A stretch of DNA of 58,602 nt, counting the filler, from Sphacelaria rigidula (lineage: Eukaryota): the NCBI GenBank assembly GCA_964200075.2. It is 8 parts of 8 records of this genome, joined end to end, with 100 filler letters (N's around TTAATTAATTAA, not from the genome) between each part and the next. Parts side by side here need not be neighbours in the genome. Positions count along the whole stretch, not along the records: positions 29,354 to 36,591 come from CAXNAA020015819.1; positions 36,692 to 43,928 come from CAXNAA020015820.1; positions 44,029 to 51,265 come from CAXNAA020015821.1; 5 more parts are not named here. One strand, given 5' to 3'. The notes under the pieces were generated by a model that had not been told where the DNA came from, did no database searches, and saw only the letters and a program-made list of their open reading frames with translations. Both the position numbers and the translations under genes were made by a program. Of the stretch, positions 33,266 to 44,311 are shown in pieces. Numbering within the stretch: position 1 is the first letter of the stretch; every line of letters starts with the position of its first letter.

Positions 33266-35048
33266 AAGGCCTGGGACTATCTAGCACCAGTAACCTTTTG
33301 CGAAACGCTTCACGTAACATGTGACGTATTATATACGTTACACGTTACAACTAACGTTACACGTCACAATTGACGCTACACGTCACAATCAACGTCACAT
33401 GTCACATGATTATTCGTTTGTGACGTGTGAATGAACGTCACAACCGTCACACGCTCAACTTGTACCACAATTAGTGTGGGACAAGCGTATGTGATACTCG
33501 CATGATATGATACATGGGTTTAAGAAGAGTGTACATACGTCATCATAATACGCACGCGATGTAAGCGCAAGTTCAGCGCCACGGCAGCATGCACTGCCAC
33601 AACACACCCAATCATAGAACATATAACAAGCGAATATCGGAATCCGAAAGCACGAGTTTCGAATTTCCGAATTTCAAATATCCAACTTCGATAGCACAGA
33701 CGGGTCTCTAAGAAATCGCGCCCATCTTGTCTACATGTGCGGGAGCGACGTGTAACGTAACAATGAGCGCGGCCCAGGATACCGTAACGATGAGCGCAGC
33801 TCAGGGTTCCCCTTCCACGGTAGAGAGAGAGGGTGCTGCAAGAGAGGGTCGCAAAGCAAGCGGGGCTTTGTACCTCCCTAGAAAATATATCTTCTGCATT
33901 CACGCCCTGTTGAGAGAGTAAATAATTATAACAACAAAGAATCGGATTGCTATGTGTCGGGTGCCCTACGGAATGCCAACCGACCACCAGGTATCACCAA
34001 CGTATGATCTGTATGTACTTGCGTTTGTATGTGTACATCATGGCCTGCGCGCATCTTGGTATCTCACTTTCTGATTTTAACACGGGATCTTACAAATTGG
34101 GGATGGATCTTTTATTGGGGATGAGAAACCCGGCGGATTAAAATCTTCCTAATCACACCAAATCTTCGAAATACGGTTCCATTTCTTCACCTACTAATAG
34201 CTATTGACAACTGCTACACGCCATAGAAAGTTGGATTTCGATCACCGAAAGTTTGGGGTCCTAGGTAAAGAACCAATTTTGGGGAATTCTGGGTGTCCGA
34301 ACGGACGCCAAAATGGTTCCGAAATTGGTTTTTCACCTAAGACCCTGACATTTCGGTGATCGAAATCAAAATTTCTGTGGCGTGTAGCAGTTGTCAATAG
34401 CTACCAGTAGGTGAAGAAATGGAACAATATTTCGAAGATTTGGTGTGGATAGGAAGATTTTCATCCGCCGGGTTTCTCATCCCCAATAAAAGATCCATCC
34501 TCAATTTGTAAGGTCGCGTGTTTTATCGTGCATCAAAAACGAACTCATGTATTTCTTTGAAATTGCAACGTGTGAGTCAAGGACGCATGAGCGATACACT
34601 AGCTGAAACGCCTTCTTACATGTCAACATAGCGAGCAGAACGCGCTTCATGCTCGAACAAGGCAGCCACCGTGAACCTCCCGTACCAAGTTGCGGTACAT
34701 GAAACCTTACAACATCTTACGTAGCGTTCATTTGCCCTCAACACGGTCGAAGTGTAATGTTTCATTTTACGTTACACGTCACAGACGTAACGTTTTAGAA
34801 TACGTTACACGTCACATTATTATACGTTTGTGACGTGTAACGTTTCTTGTGAGGTGTAACGTTCCAAAATACGTTACTGTGACGTCACGTAACGTATCAC
34901 TTCTTTATTCGTCACAAGTGTGACGTAACGTAACGTACCCGTACAAAATGTGACGTAGCGTAACGTATAATTTTTCATACGTCACATTTGTGACGTAACG
35001 TGTAACGTGTAACGTAAAGAGCGCTGGAAATTAGGCCTTTTCCAGGCC
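33266..35048. mobile_element. Non-autonomous DNA transposon with dense subterminal ACGTTAC/TGTGACGT repeats
   Basis: Motif clusters at 33310-33450 and 34770-35015; short AGGCCT/GGCCTGG inverted ends. Confidence 0.55.
34079..34522. mobile_element. Foldback element: ~445-bp palindrome with a 2-3 nt loop
   Basis: Arms of ~220 bp (e.g. GGATGGATCTTTTATTGGGGATGAGAAACCCGGCGGAT and its reverse complement at ~34464-34501); centre GTCCG-AA-CGGAC. Confidence 0.92.
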
Positions 35049-35654
35049 GACTGCTTTGTTTTCTACTGTTCATGCATGCAGGGTGGTGCGTGCAATATAC
35101 GTGTAAAATGTACGGGTTCCAACTAAAAAAACACCGGAGATGAAAAAATATATAACGCCCAAGGCGTGGGACACCGTTAAGCGTCTATGTAATCATGAGG
35201 AACTTTACTTATGGGACAGAAGAAGTATATATATTTACATATATCGGGCGCTTGTACTGCTGCCATGATAAAGTGATATAGAACGTGTGATGTAGCAGAT
35301 GGGCGAAAGCTATCTACCCTTTCACCCCTGGACTCCTCGTTGCAAGCTAAACGAACGGGCCTTTTGGGGGGGGGAGGGGGGGGGGGTGTACTCATGGTCA
35401 TCCCTACAAAGCCGGGACGGGGCACCCCGGGTGCTCGCCGGACCAGGCCCACAACAAATCACCAAGCGCGAAGCGCTGTGATGTGTTCGGCGAGTCGCAT
35501 GAAGGGTGACCTTTTCCTCCGGATCACACGTCAGTGCCCTTTCCGCAGTATCTCTCTCTTGGTGCCGAGGGGTTACGGTGTTGCTGTCAGCACCGGGTTC
35601 AGAAAGTGAGTTTGTGCGGGTGTGCGCTACATATTGCGCGGCGATCCCCCAGGA

Positions 35655-36457
35655 CCATATTTTATGGGAGTCACCAATCTCGATTTTTTCGAGCGATTGG
35701 AGAAAAAAACGGGGACCGCATATTATGGACACCGATTTGGTCCGAATCGGGGGCAAAAAAATCGGAGGAAATCGTCCCGAGATCGTGACTCTTCCCGATT
35801 TTTTTGAGGTGACGTACGTGCATTGACGTACAATGGTGAAGTACGAGGTATTTGACATTTTGCAACGGCAGCAAAAAACACTCTCGTGACAGCGTAGGAC
35901 GTGCCTGCCCGCGCCAGCTGCTGAAGCAACTTCGCACGGGGTTTGACAAGTGGATAATAAGTGCTGACGCCGTACGCCTGCGGCAATGGAAAAATTTCAT
36001 GCTGCGCTGCGCTGCGCTGCCATATGTATCATCACTCTAACGAACCACGGTACTCTCCAAGTTGTTGTCGCTGTACTTGAGGGGGTGATGTACGGCACTG
36101 CACTACTGAAAACTTCAGGTGTTTTTTCATCTCGGTACTCATCACCCCCCTCGAGTGGCGGTCGTATGTCCTCTCGCCCTCATGGCTTCTGGTCGCGCAC
36201 TATTTGTTCACTGTTCTCGCAATACCGGCTGTGCCATCATGTACCGCCACACGGCATTATCATGTACTGTACTGATGGAGTGTCCTGCACTGTATAGCTT
36301 AGGGTACCAGGCTACGAACGACACTGTACTCGAAGGATTATTCACCGTCTGCCTGCTCTTCGGCTTCACGCACGGGGACGCAGTACCACACTCATGCAGA
36401 AGATGACCGTCTGCGTACAGAACCGTTTCACAAATCTGTGACACTGTCTGTCTGTAC
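35655..36457 (+). repeat. Dispersed ~800-bp non-coding repeat, copy 1 (partner at 56540-57316)
   Basis: Collinear matches such as GACGTACGTGCATTGACGTACAA, CCAGCTGCTGAAGCAACTT.GCACGGGGTTTGACAAG and TTTCACAAATCTGTGA. Confidence 0.9.
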
Positions 36458-36591
36458 AAGGGCGCACAAAAAAATATTTCTTGGACCCACACCCCTTTTT
36501 TTACATTTGGGACCGATTAGGGGGTGGGGGTGGGGGGGGGGGGGGATCTGCTGTTTCCATACTAAATCCTATAAAACAACTCAAGGACAAG

Positions 36592-36691
36592 NNNNNNNNN
36601 NNNNNNNNNNNNNNNNNNNNNNNNNNNNNNNNNNNTTAATTAATTAANNNNNNNNNNNNNNNNNNNNNNNNNNNNNNNNNNNNNNNNNNNN
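36592..36691. other. Artificial contig-joining linker
   Basis: N44-TTAATTAATTAA-N44. Confidence 0.98.
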
Positions 36692-38340
36692 AAATGCTTT
36701 GTGCGGTATCTCACCAACCAGACCGCCGAAGTCCTGGAATGGGGGTACTGTACAGTAGCTGCATGCACAGGACGTGTGCTCAAGAAAAAAGAAGCAAAAC
36801 AAGTTGCCTGTTAGGAACGCTAGAGCATCCACTCTAAATCTGAAACTACGTTCTGAATCTCACGAATATAGTGTGTCATGAACCTCGCCGTTTCTTGTAG
36901 CAAAACACACACACACACCTATCGAAGGATCACGCGGAATATTTCCGTTTCGTTAAAGTTCCCTGGAGGAAGACCAAGACCAATATAATTGAAACCGGTG
37001 ACATTATGGGGCTACATGACAACCGCGGGTCCTTGTGCCGTAGTTATTTTGAACATTAACCGAGCAACTAGATATTAGTGATTCGAGAACATGCTTCAGG
37101 TCACCGAAGTGTCAGTTTCATAGCAGACAGAGTGCGGTTGGACCTTCAACACCCGTTCGACCGAGTTCAATTCTTCACAGCGCCACAGAGGCTTCGCGTA
37201 CTCTTGAGCGAGCAAGGGCGTAGATTTTGTTTTTGGTAGGATAGTCAGGGTAGGATGTCCGAAGTGTAGTCTTGTGCATGGTGGAGAACCGCCCCCACCT
37301 TGGTGAAAATCACATTTGGGTCATACCTAGCGTCGGCGTAAGTGCAGGAATTTCGAGAGGCGGCAAAACGCTTCACGAGCCGGTTTTCACGATGCTTTGA
37401 GATCTCCCTTTGACTACGCGGCGTTCGTAGGATAATCACGGGATTTTCCATAGCTTTTGTACTAGTAGGCAAACGTGTACTAACGCGAAATGAGGAACAT
37501 CAGCAATGTGAGCGTATATTCCAAATCCATACTGAAATCAAGTGAGAATATCTCCGCCGTTCGTTCGTGAAGCTGTTAATGGGGTGCAGATCACATCTCC
37601 CCAACGGAGGTGCCTACATTGCTATCGTTAGGCTCATCGAAATATATCGAGTTATGGAAACCGTCATGAAAAAACATATATCAAAGTCATACCTATTGAA
37701 AATATTCAGGACGAAATCACCCATACTTCCTGAATATTCGGGGAAGTACTGCCGAGAATATTCTGATAATTGCCCGCTTTTTGCGAGAACTTCGGTGTTT
37801 AATCGCCCACTACCTGCCACAACCCGATGGACTCTACCGCGAACGCCCCCTCACGTCGTAAACGGAACACCGAAGTATCATCGGCCGCCACTACGCTCTG
37901 GCGGTGGAAAGAGCGTTGGCCATTCCGCCGGTGAACTCAAGGCTGCCAAAGGGCGTTTTACGTCTACTCACCGAACGTTACGGTATCCTTCCCGAGTACC
38001 CGACAAAACTATGGAAAAATGGAAAAACTCAGACAAAAGACACCGGAGAGCTCGACCTCTCAAAACACACATCGGAGTGGGCGATCGTCTCTTCTCACTC
38101 CGATATAGGCATTGTTCTCTTACGTGTTATTTTTACGCCACCCCCCACAAACACGGAATAGAGGCGAGAATGGCCATTTTCGGGCCGACTGATCTTTTTG
38201 GCCGCCACGGAGGGTACTACGCGAACAAAAAATAGGGGGGGGGTGGGGGGTTGACTAAAAAAACGCCAAATATATATTAAAAAAAGAAGCGTAATCACAT
38301 ATCCCACCAGACACGGGTAAGGGCTCGTGAAAACACAATC

Positions 38341-38367
38341 AACTTTACTTATGGGACAGAGGAAGTA
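38341..38367. repeat. Right TIR of the same Stowaway-like family
   Basis: AACTTTACTTATGGGACAGAGGAAG|TA matches 35201-35227. Confidence 0.7.
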
Positions 38368-38934
38368 GATAAAGACTGCGTTTCCGCCGACAAAAACGGT
38401 CCTTAGCAAGAAATCAGACAGACCTTTCAGCATCAGGTCAGAAATAGCGTTCAACACATCGAGCCCATATTGGGGCTGATACTAACCCCTGACATATTCA
38501 CATATAACTCCATCATAATTCGCGTTAGGCTGACAAACACGGTGTTGAGACTGAACCCAAAACAACAGTGTTTCTCTTTGACGGACGCGTGTTGCCACGG
38601 CACCGAAATAATTCTTGTCCTACAATCAGCTGGTCCATTCCGTTCGTCTGCGCCTGTCGAAAAGTTTATCTGCCCCTTCGTAGGTAGTCGTTTCAAGACC
38701 TAGAGGTTCATCATCTTCGCATTGAGTTCTCCGAGCATACCTGACCACTAGCAGAGAGCGCCAACAGCATGGCACATGCAGTCGCCAGCGAGATGCACGA
38801 CGCCGTCGAAGCAATGATCTTAACACGGCGACGGGGCACCATGATACATATAGTCTGCAGGGAGACTCACTTGCTCTACTTGAGCGTCAGTTGTCTACGC
38901 AAAGCTTCGAGTAAAGATATATGCACAGCATTAA

Positions 38935-39255
38935 CGCCCCGGTGATGTAATGGTCCGACTGTCGCCATTAGGGTGAAGAGAACGAGGGTTCGAATCTAGA
39001 TGCATTGGGTTTTATTTTCGTAGTATCCGATTTTCACCGTGGGAAGCGTGAGAACGCGAGTAAGCAAAAGTAGTTGTCTGAGTTTGTTTGCCGTGAGTTG
39101 ACGGGGTGCCGGAGTGCTGGCCCGATACTCGAGACGATAATGCAAGGCGTGTGCAGGGGAGAGATAAGTTGATCCCTTGAGACCACGGACTCGTCCCGAG
39201 GAGGGGGAGGGGTTCAAAGTACGACGAATAAATAAGGTCAAAAATATAACTAGAA
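38935..39255 (+). mobile_element. tRNA-derived SINE, copy 2
   Basis: CGCCCCGGTGATGTAATGGT...GGTTCGAATC head; GTTGATCCCTTGAGACCACGGACTCGTCCCGAG identical to copy 1; AAAGTACGAC plus A-rich tail. Confidence 0.85.
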
Positions 39256-39704
39256 TTAATAATCACAGGTAGTTTTTTGGGTGAAACAGAGGGGTCCTAA
39301 CAATTCGAACCTCAGAAACGTTTCGTGCGCCCCTACCGTAGCACCACTTATTTTCATGCTGCACGAGTCACGGCGAAAACGTATGAAAGGATCGCGCTGT
39401 GTGAATCTCAACTGTGAAAAGTGTACGCTTGGAGTAGAACCGCATGAATCACGAGTCCAAAACACATACGAATCAAATTAAGGCTCCTGGGAATCGCATG
39501 TTTGATCCGTGCAAAAACAAGCTGAGTATGGATGAATTTTGATTCACGTCGTCCGGCATGTGAGATATCGTCACGTGGGCGCGTCGCTACTCTGAGATTT
39601 GCAATCTCGCTGAAACCTCGAAGTGGAGCGGCATGTACAGACCAGACAAAAATTCTTGCAATAGGCCACACATTCCGACTCTAACAGGAAGGGGATAAGT
39701 TATG

Positions 39705-39900
39705 TAAAACGTTCTTGTGTATGTAGTGTATGGAAGAAACGCAATGAGCACCCGAACGCTGGAGGTGTATCTATTAGGAGTAGGAACGGTACTCCGCCTC
39801 GGAAGGGATGCGCGGTCAATGGTCAAACGACTAAGGCAAGCAATAAATGAGTGCGCTCCCCTCCCGCTCCCCTGCCCCCGCAGTCTCAAGGGCCAACCTA
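39705..39900 (+). mobile_element. LINE 3' fragment followed by a short antisense SINE-body match
   Basis: Reverse complement of 29640-29790, then a C-rich run and GTCTCAAGGG.CAACC (antisense of the SINE's GGTTGATCCCTTGAGAC). Confidence 0.7.
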
Positions 39901-40077
39901 CCGACGCAGCCACCAGCCATGACAACATCACCATGCGTGCGCTTCAATACATGCCATCGACATTTTCTCACCCGACATGAGCGTGCAACCACAGTCAGAC
40001 CATGCAGTACACACGGCAGGTCGGTGGTTTCACTCGCTGACTTACCCACGTATTATCGCTAGGCTATCGCTACATTG

Positions 40078-42960
40078 CTATCGCACCGCGCTGGTGATGC
40101 TATGCAAGGACATGATTACGGCATTGTACACTTTTGTTATTCGGGCCCCCGCGTCAGGGTCCTTCGTTGAGGCCTTCAGGTGCGCTACACTCGCCCTCCA
40201 TTCGTTGCCCTTCCCACAAGCTTGAATAGCAGACACGTGGCTCCCCACATCGGGGCAAATGCCGATGCTGGACATCTCCCTCAGAAGAGATAGCGCTTCT
40301 TGCCATTTTCCAGTCCTTGCACAGGCGGCTATGGCCGAGTTATAGGTCTCCAGGATCGGCGTCACACCTTCACCCGACATTTGCCTCAGAAGCGAAAGTG
40401 CCTTCTCCCATTGCTCAGCGCTTCCGCAAGCTCTGATAGCTGCGGTATAGGCCCGGATATCGGGCTTGACACCCTTCTCCCCCATCTCTGTCAAAAGCGA
40501 GAGCGCCTCTTGCCACCGCCCACCGATTCCGCAAGCTGTGATGACCGAGCTGTAGCTCCGCGCATCAGGATAAACGCCCTTTTGCGGCATGCCCTTCAGT
40601 AGTGATAACGCCTGCTTCCACTTCCCACTCTCCCCGCTCGCTATGAGGACCCCGTTGTAGCTCACGATATCAGGTGAAATACCCGTGTTGGACATCTCCT
40701 CCAAAAGAGAATACGCCTCCTCCCACTTCCCACCTACCGCACACGCGGTGATAGCCGAGTTATACGTCACAACAGTCGGCGTGATTCCCTCGCGCTGCAT
40801 TTCCCTGAAAAGAGACAATGCTTCCTTCCACCGCCCATCGTGCCAGAATGACTTGAGAGCAGAGTGGTAGCTGATCGAATTTGGGGTAATGCCCTTCTTG
40901 GGCATCTCCGCCAAAACGGACAACGCTTCCTTCCATCGGCCAGCCTCTGCGCATGCCTCGATGGTCGCGCTGTAAGGCATCACGTCTGGAGCGATACCCT
41001 CTGCTTCCATCTCTTTCAGGAGGGACAGAGATCTTTCCCAGCAGTGTACGGCACCCTTCGCACAAGCCTTGAGAGCTGAGGAGTAGCTGCTGATATCTGG
41101 CGCGACGTCTTCGCTTCTCCGCATTTCTTCCAAAAGAGATAATGCTTCCCCCCACTTTCCACTTGCTGCGCACGCAGCGATAGCCGAGTTATAGCTCACG
41201 GCATCAGGAGAGACACCCACCTCTTGCATCTCCCTGAAAAGAAATGTCGCCGTCTCCCACTGGCCACCGTCTCCACAGGCCTTGATGACTGAGCTGTAGC
41301 ACACCGCATTCGGTGAAACGGTCCCGTCCGCCTGCATCTCCCTCATGAGAGACAAGGCCTGTTCCCATTGGCCACAATTTCCGCACGCCTTGATGGCCGA
41401 GCTGAAGCTCACCACGTTCGGGGAGACACCCACCTCTTGCATCTCCCTCAGGAGCGATACCGCCTGCTCCCACTGTCTACCTTTTGCACAGGCTGCAATA
41501 GCTGAGCTGTAAGCCCAGGCGTTCGGGGTGACGCCATTGCTCCGCATCTCCCCTAAAACAGCCAACGCCGACTCCCATTGTGCACAGCTCCCACAAGCGC
41601 TGATTACCGAAACGTAGGAATACATGTCCGGGGAATTCCCACTGCTCCGCATATTTTCCAAGAGAGTCAACGCTTGTTCCCACTGCCCGTTGTCCCCACA
41701 TGCCTTGATGGCCACGTTGTAGCTCTGAGTATTGGGAGCAACGCCCTTTTCGGGCATTTCCCGCAAAAGCAACAGTGCCTGCTCCCATTGCCCACCGATT
41801 CCACAAGCCTGGATAGCGAAGGTGTAGCTCGCCGTATTCGGAAAAGTACCCCCCTCCCGCATATCTCTCAATAGCGATAAGGCTTGCTCCCACCGTCTAC
41901 CCTTGCCGCAGGCGGTAATGGCCCAGTTGTAGCTCACGACAGTGGGAGTAATTGCTTTGCTAGCCATCTCGCTCAACAGAGACAGCGCCTGCTCCCACTG
42001 CCCACTTACCCCACACGCCGCAAGAGCTGAGTTATAGGCACCAAGGGTCAGCGTGAGGCGTTGACCCTGCATTTCCCTCAGAAGCGACAACGCCTTCTCC
42101 CATTGCCTGGCGTTCCTGCAGGCGTTGATGGCTGCGACATAGCTCCGGCCATCTGGATCAATGCCTTTCCCTCGCATTTCCCTCAAAAGTGACAGCGCTT
42201 TCTGCCACTGGCGTCCATCTCCACACGCCTTGATGGCAGCGGCGTAAATCTTTGCGTCCCCAGCGATTCCGCCATGTCGCATTTCTGACAAAAGCGACAC
42301 AGCCCGTTCCCACTGCCGGCCGTTCCCGCACGCCTTGATAGCGGAGAGATAGGTCAAGGCATCTGGGGCGACCCCCTCTGCCTGCATAGCTCTCAACAAA
42401 GACATCGCCGGCTCCGCCTCACAACCCCTGGCGCAAGCGTTGATCGCCGCGGTGTAAGTCACGACATTGGGATACACCCCTCTTTGTCTCATCTGTGCTA
42501 TGACCTCGACAGCGATCTCCCACCTGCCGCACTTTCCAGCAGCGGCAATTGCAGCATTGTAGACGTACACGTTCATCACAGAGCTCGCGTTGTGGTGAGA
42601 CAGTGCTTCCTCTAATATGCTCGACGCCACCTTCCAGTCTCGCTCGGTCCCGGCCCGCCGTAACCGGCGCACGTATTTCTGCGAAATCGATTGAGACTCA
42701 CTCCGTTTTTGACCTCCGTCCCCCACTCCGGCGTCCGCCGAACGCCCATCCTCACTACTGGCTTGGTTTTCGACAAGCGGACCAGCCTCACCTCTCAGCT
42801 GCTTTTGGTCGTGCAGCCAACACTGATCTGAAACTCTGTCTGCAGTGAACGAGGATCCGATTTTGGAGACAAGAAAACGGATAGAGTGCTGTGTGCGTGA
42901 TGCACGCCTCGCCGTGCTGATCGAGGCCTTCACGCCATTGCCAAGACGGTGAAGGGCCAT
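40078..42960 (-). CDS. P-class pentatricopeptide repeat (PPR) protein, ~960 aa, probably organelle-targeted
   Basis: 22 canonical ~35-aa repeats (xxxYNxAIxACGxxGQWEQALSLLxEMxxxGVxPD/N) plus degenerate flanking repeats in one open frame. The ATG at 42960 starts an R/S-rich leader; the ORF is open to 43065. Confidence 0.95.
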   Translation of the reverse strand: MALHRLGNGVKASISTARRASRTQHSIRFLVSKIGSSFTADRVSDQCWLHDQKQLRGEAGPLVENQASSEDGRSADAGVGDGGQKRSESQSISQKYVRRLRRAGTERDWKVASSILEEALSHHNASSVMNVYVYNAAIAAAGKCGRWEIAVEVIAQMRQRGVYPNVVTYTAAINACARGCEAEPAMSLLRAMQAEGVAPDALTYLSAIKACGNGRQWERAVSLLSEMRHGGIAGDAKIYAAAIKACGDGRQWQKALSLLREMRGKGIDPDGRSYVAAINACRNARQWEKALSLLREMQGQRLTLTLGAYNSALAACGVSGQWEQALSLLSEMASKAITPTVVSYNWAITACGKGRRWEQALSLLRDMREGGTFPNTASYTFAIQACGIGGQWEQALLLLREMPEKGVAPNTQSYNVAIKACGDNGQWEQALTLLENMRSSGNSPDMYSYVSVISACGSCAQWESALAVLGEMRSNGVTPNAWAYSSAIAACAKGRQWEQAVSLLREMQEVGVSPNVVSFSSAIKACGNCGQWEQALSLMREMQADGTVSPNAVCYSSVIKACGDGGQWETATFLFREMQEVGVSPDAVSYNSAIAACAASGKWGEALSLLEEMRRSEDVAPDISSYSSALKACAKGAVHCWERSLSLLKEMEAEGIAPDVMPYSATIEACAEAGRWKEALSVLAEMPKKGITPNSISYHSALKSFWHDGRWKEALSLFREMQREGITPTVVTYNSAITACAVGGKWEEAYSLLEEMSNTGISPDIVSYNGVLIASGESGKWKQALSLLKGMPQKGVYPDARSYSSVITACGIGGRWQEALSLLTEMGEKGVKPDIRAYTAAIRACGSAEQWEKALSLLRQMSGEGVTPILETYNSAIAACARTGKWQEALSLLREMSSIGICPDVGSHVSAIQACGKGNEWRASVAHLKASTKDPDAGARITKVYNAVIMSLHSITSAVR

Positions 42961-43699
42961 GAGTCCCAACCCAAGAAGCAGCACTCTGCATGGCGGGAGG
43001 GCGGGAGGACGAGAGGGGCAAGTGGTCAAAGATACCGTTGGGAGGAAGACGGGGTGTAAATACATGTCAGAGTGTCAAAATATGGTTACGCTCCTGTCTT
43101 ACAGGCTTGTCGGCAGAAACAAGCGTATCACCGTGTCTAGACCACGGCGATCACCATGCCACGGCGAGGGTCATTTGGCTCTAAAATGGGCTAGCGCAGT
43201 AGGTGACCAGGCAATGGTGCTATGCTGAGGAGGAAGTGTTGTGCCGACGGGTAATAATATCTCGCCTGGTATCATAGTCATACTGTACATAAGTACACAA
43301 AGGCACATGCACACATGATGGCAATGCAGGAGACAACTCAAGAATCAGCATGGCGACGATTCCTAGCATCTGGGAGCGGGGCTGGGCATCAATACAATAT
43401 GAAGAGTGACGCTCGCTGTCCCAAGGTGCAGGAGTTGCCGGGCGTGTTGCCACAACCAACATCTGTCGATGAAGGGTACAACGAAAGTAATCACGGTGTA
43501 CGGCGGAACATGAAAACGCTCTGCAGCTTTTCCTTTGTTTCTCCAATGCAACACTCACATGTTGCCGCCGCATCCCGGTGGTCCAATCGTACTGGTGACC
43601 CCGCAACGTCGGCAAGAACGTGGCTTCCACTATCACCAGATGCGTTTAGTTTGACTTTTTTCCCCCCCCGCAAACAATTCGATTTCCGTGGTTGCAACT

Positions 43700-43918
43700 T
43701 CAGGGTGTGATTCGCAAGAAGAGGTTGTTTGACTGAGTATGCTTGACGAGAGTCAACACGGTGCGGGGAGTGTTGGTCAATCCGTTATACGAAAAATGAA
43801 AGGCTTACACCAGCGGAGAGATGGGTTGACCTCTGGAGACCACGGACTCGTGCCGACGTAGAGGGAGGGGATGGGGGGGCGTACTCATTTGTTGCTTGCC
43901 TTAGTCGTTTGACCATTG
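43700..43918 (+). mobile_element. SINE-body homolog fused to an antisense LINE 3' end
   Basis: GGAGAGATGGGTTGACCTCTGGAGACCACGGACTCGT (SINE body), then a G-run and GCGTACTCATTTGTTGCTTGCCTTAGTCGTTTGACCATTG (LINE antisense). Confidence 0.7.
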
Positions 43919-43928
43919 GGGGCGGGGG

Positions 43929-44028
43929 NNNNNNNNNNNNNNNNNNNNNNNNNNNNNNNNNNNNNNNNNNNNTTAATTAATTAANNNNNNNNNNNNNNNN
44001 NNNNNNNNNNNNNNNNNNNNNNNNNNNN
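43929..44028. other. Artificial contig-joining linker
   Basis: N44-TTAATTAATTAA-N44. Confidence 0.98.
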
Positions 44029-44164
44029 CTGCACAACAACTCCAATCGTTTCCTATTGCCCCGCATAATGTCCCGCTTGTTACTCAGTGAACAAGCTTCC
44101 GTATTTTAGCTTGATGCTACTGAACATTGACTCACATATGTTATGCAACATGAAAATTTTGACG
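44029..44164 (-). repeat. 3' LTR (truncated by the contig start)
   Basis: Near-identical to the outer 136 bp of 49287-49915. Confidence 0.9.
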
Positions 44165-44311
44165 CTCCCCCTCAATGGAAGTAGATGTCAGGAGAGATAG
44201 AGAAATCCGGACGGATGAATATTCTAGGCCCACTTGTGGAAACGCATGCTTCCATTTCTGTACATTCCCTTCAATGTACACTTGGATTTCTAGTCGTGAT
44301 CCACCCACACG

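Larger units (their letters stand above)
32961..35225. mobile_element. Stowaway/Tc1-mariner-like non-autonomous element with TA target duplication, hosting nested insertions
   Basis: TA|CTTTCTCTGTCCCATAAGCAAAGGTCCT ... AGGAACTTTACTTATGGGACAGAAGAAG|TA imperfect 28-bp TIRs. Confidence 0.75.

Noticed and set aside
38470-38530. PPR-like peptide LTPDIFTYNSII on the plus strand
   Set aside because: A single short match with no following helix-B consensus or neighbouring repeats; could be chance.
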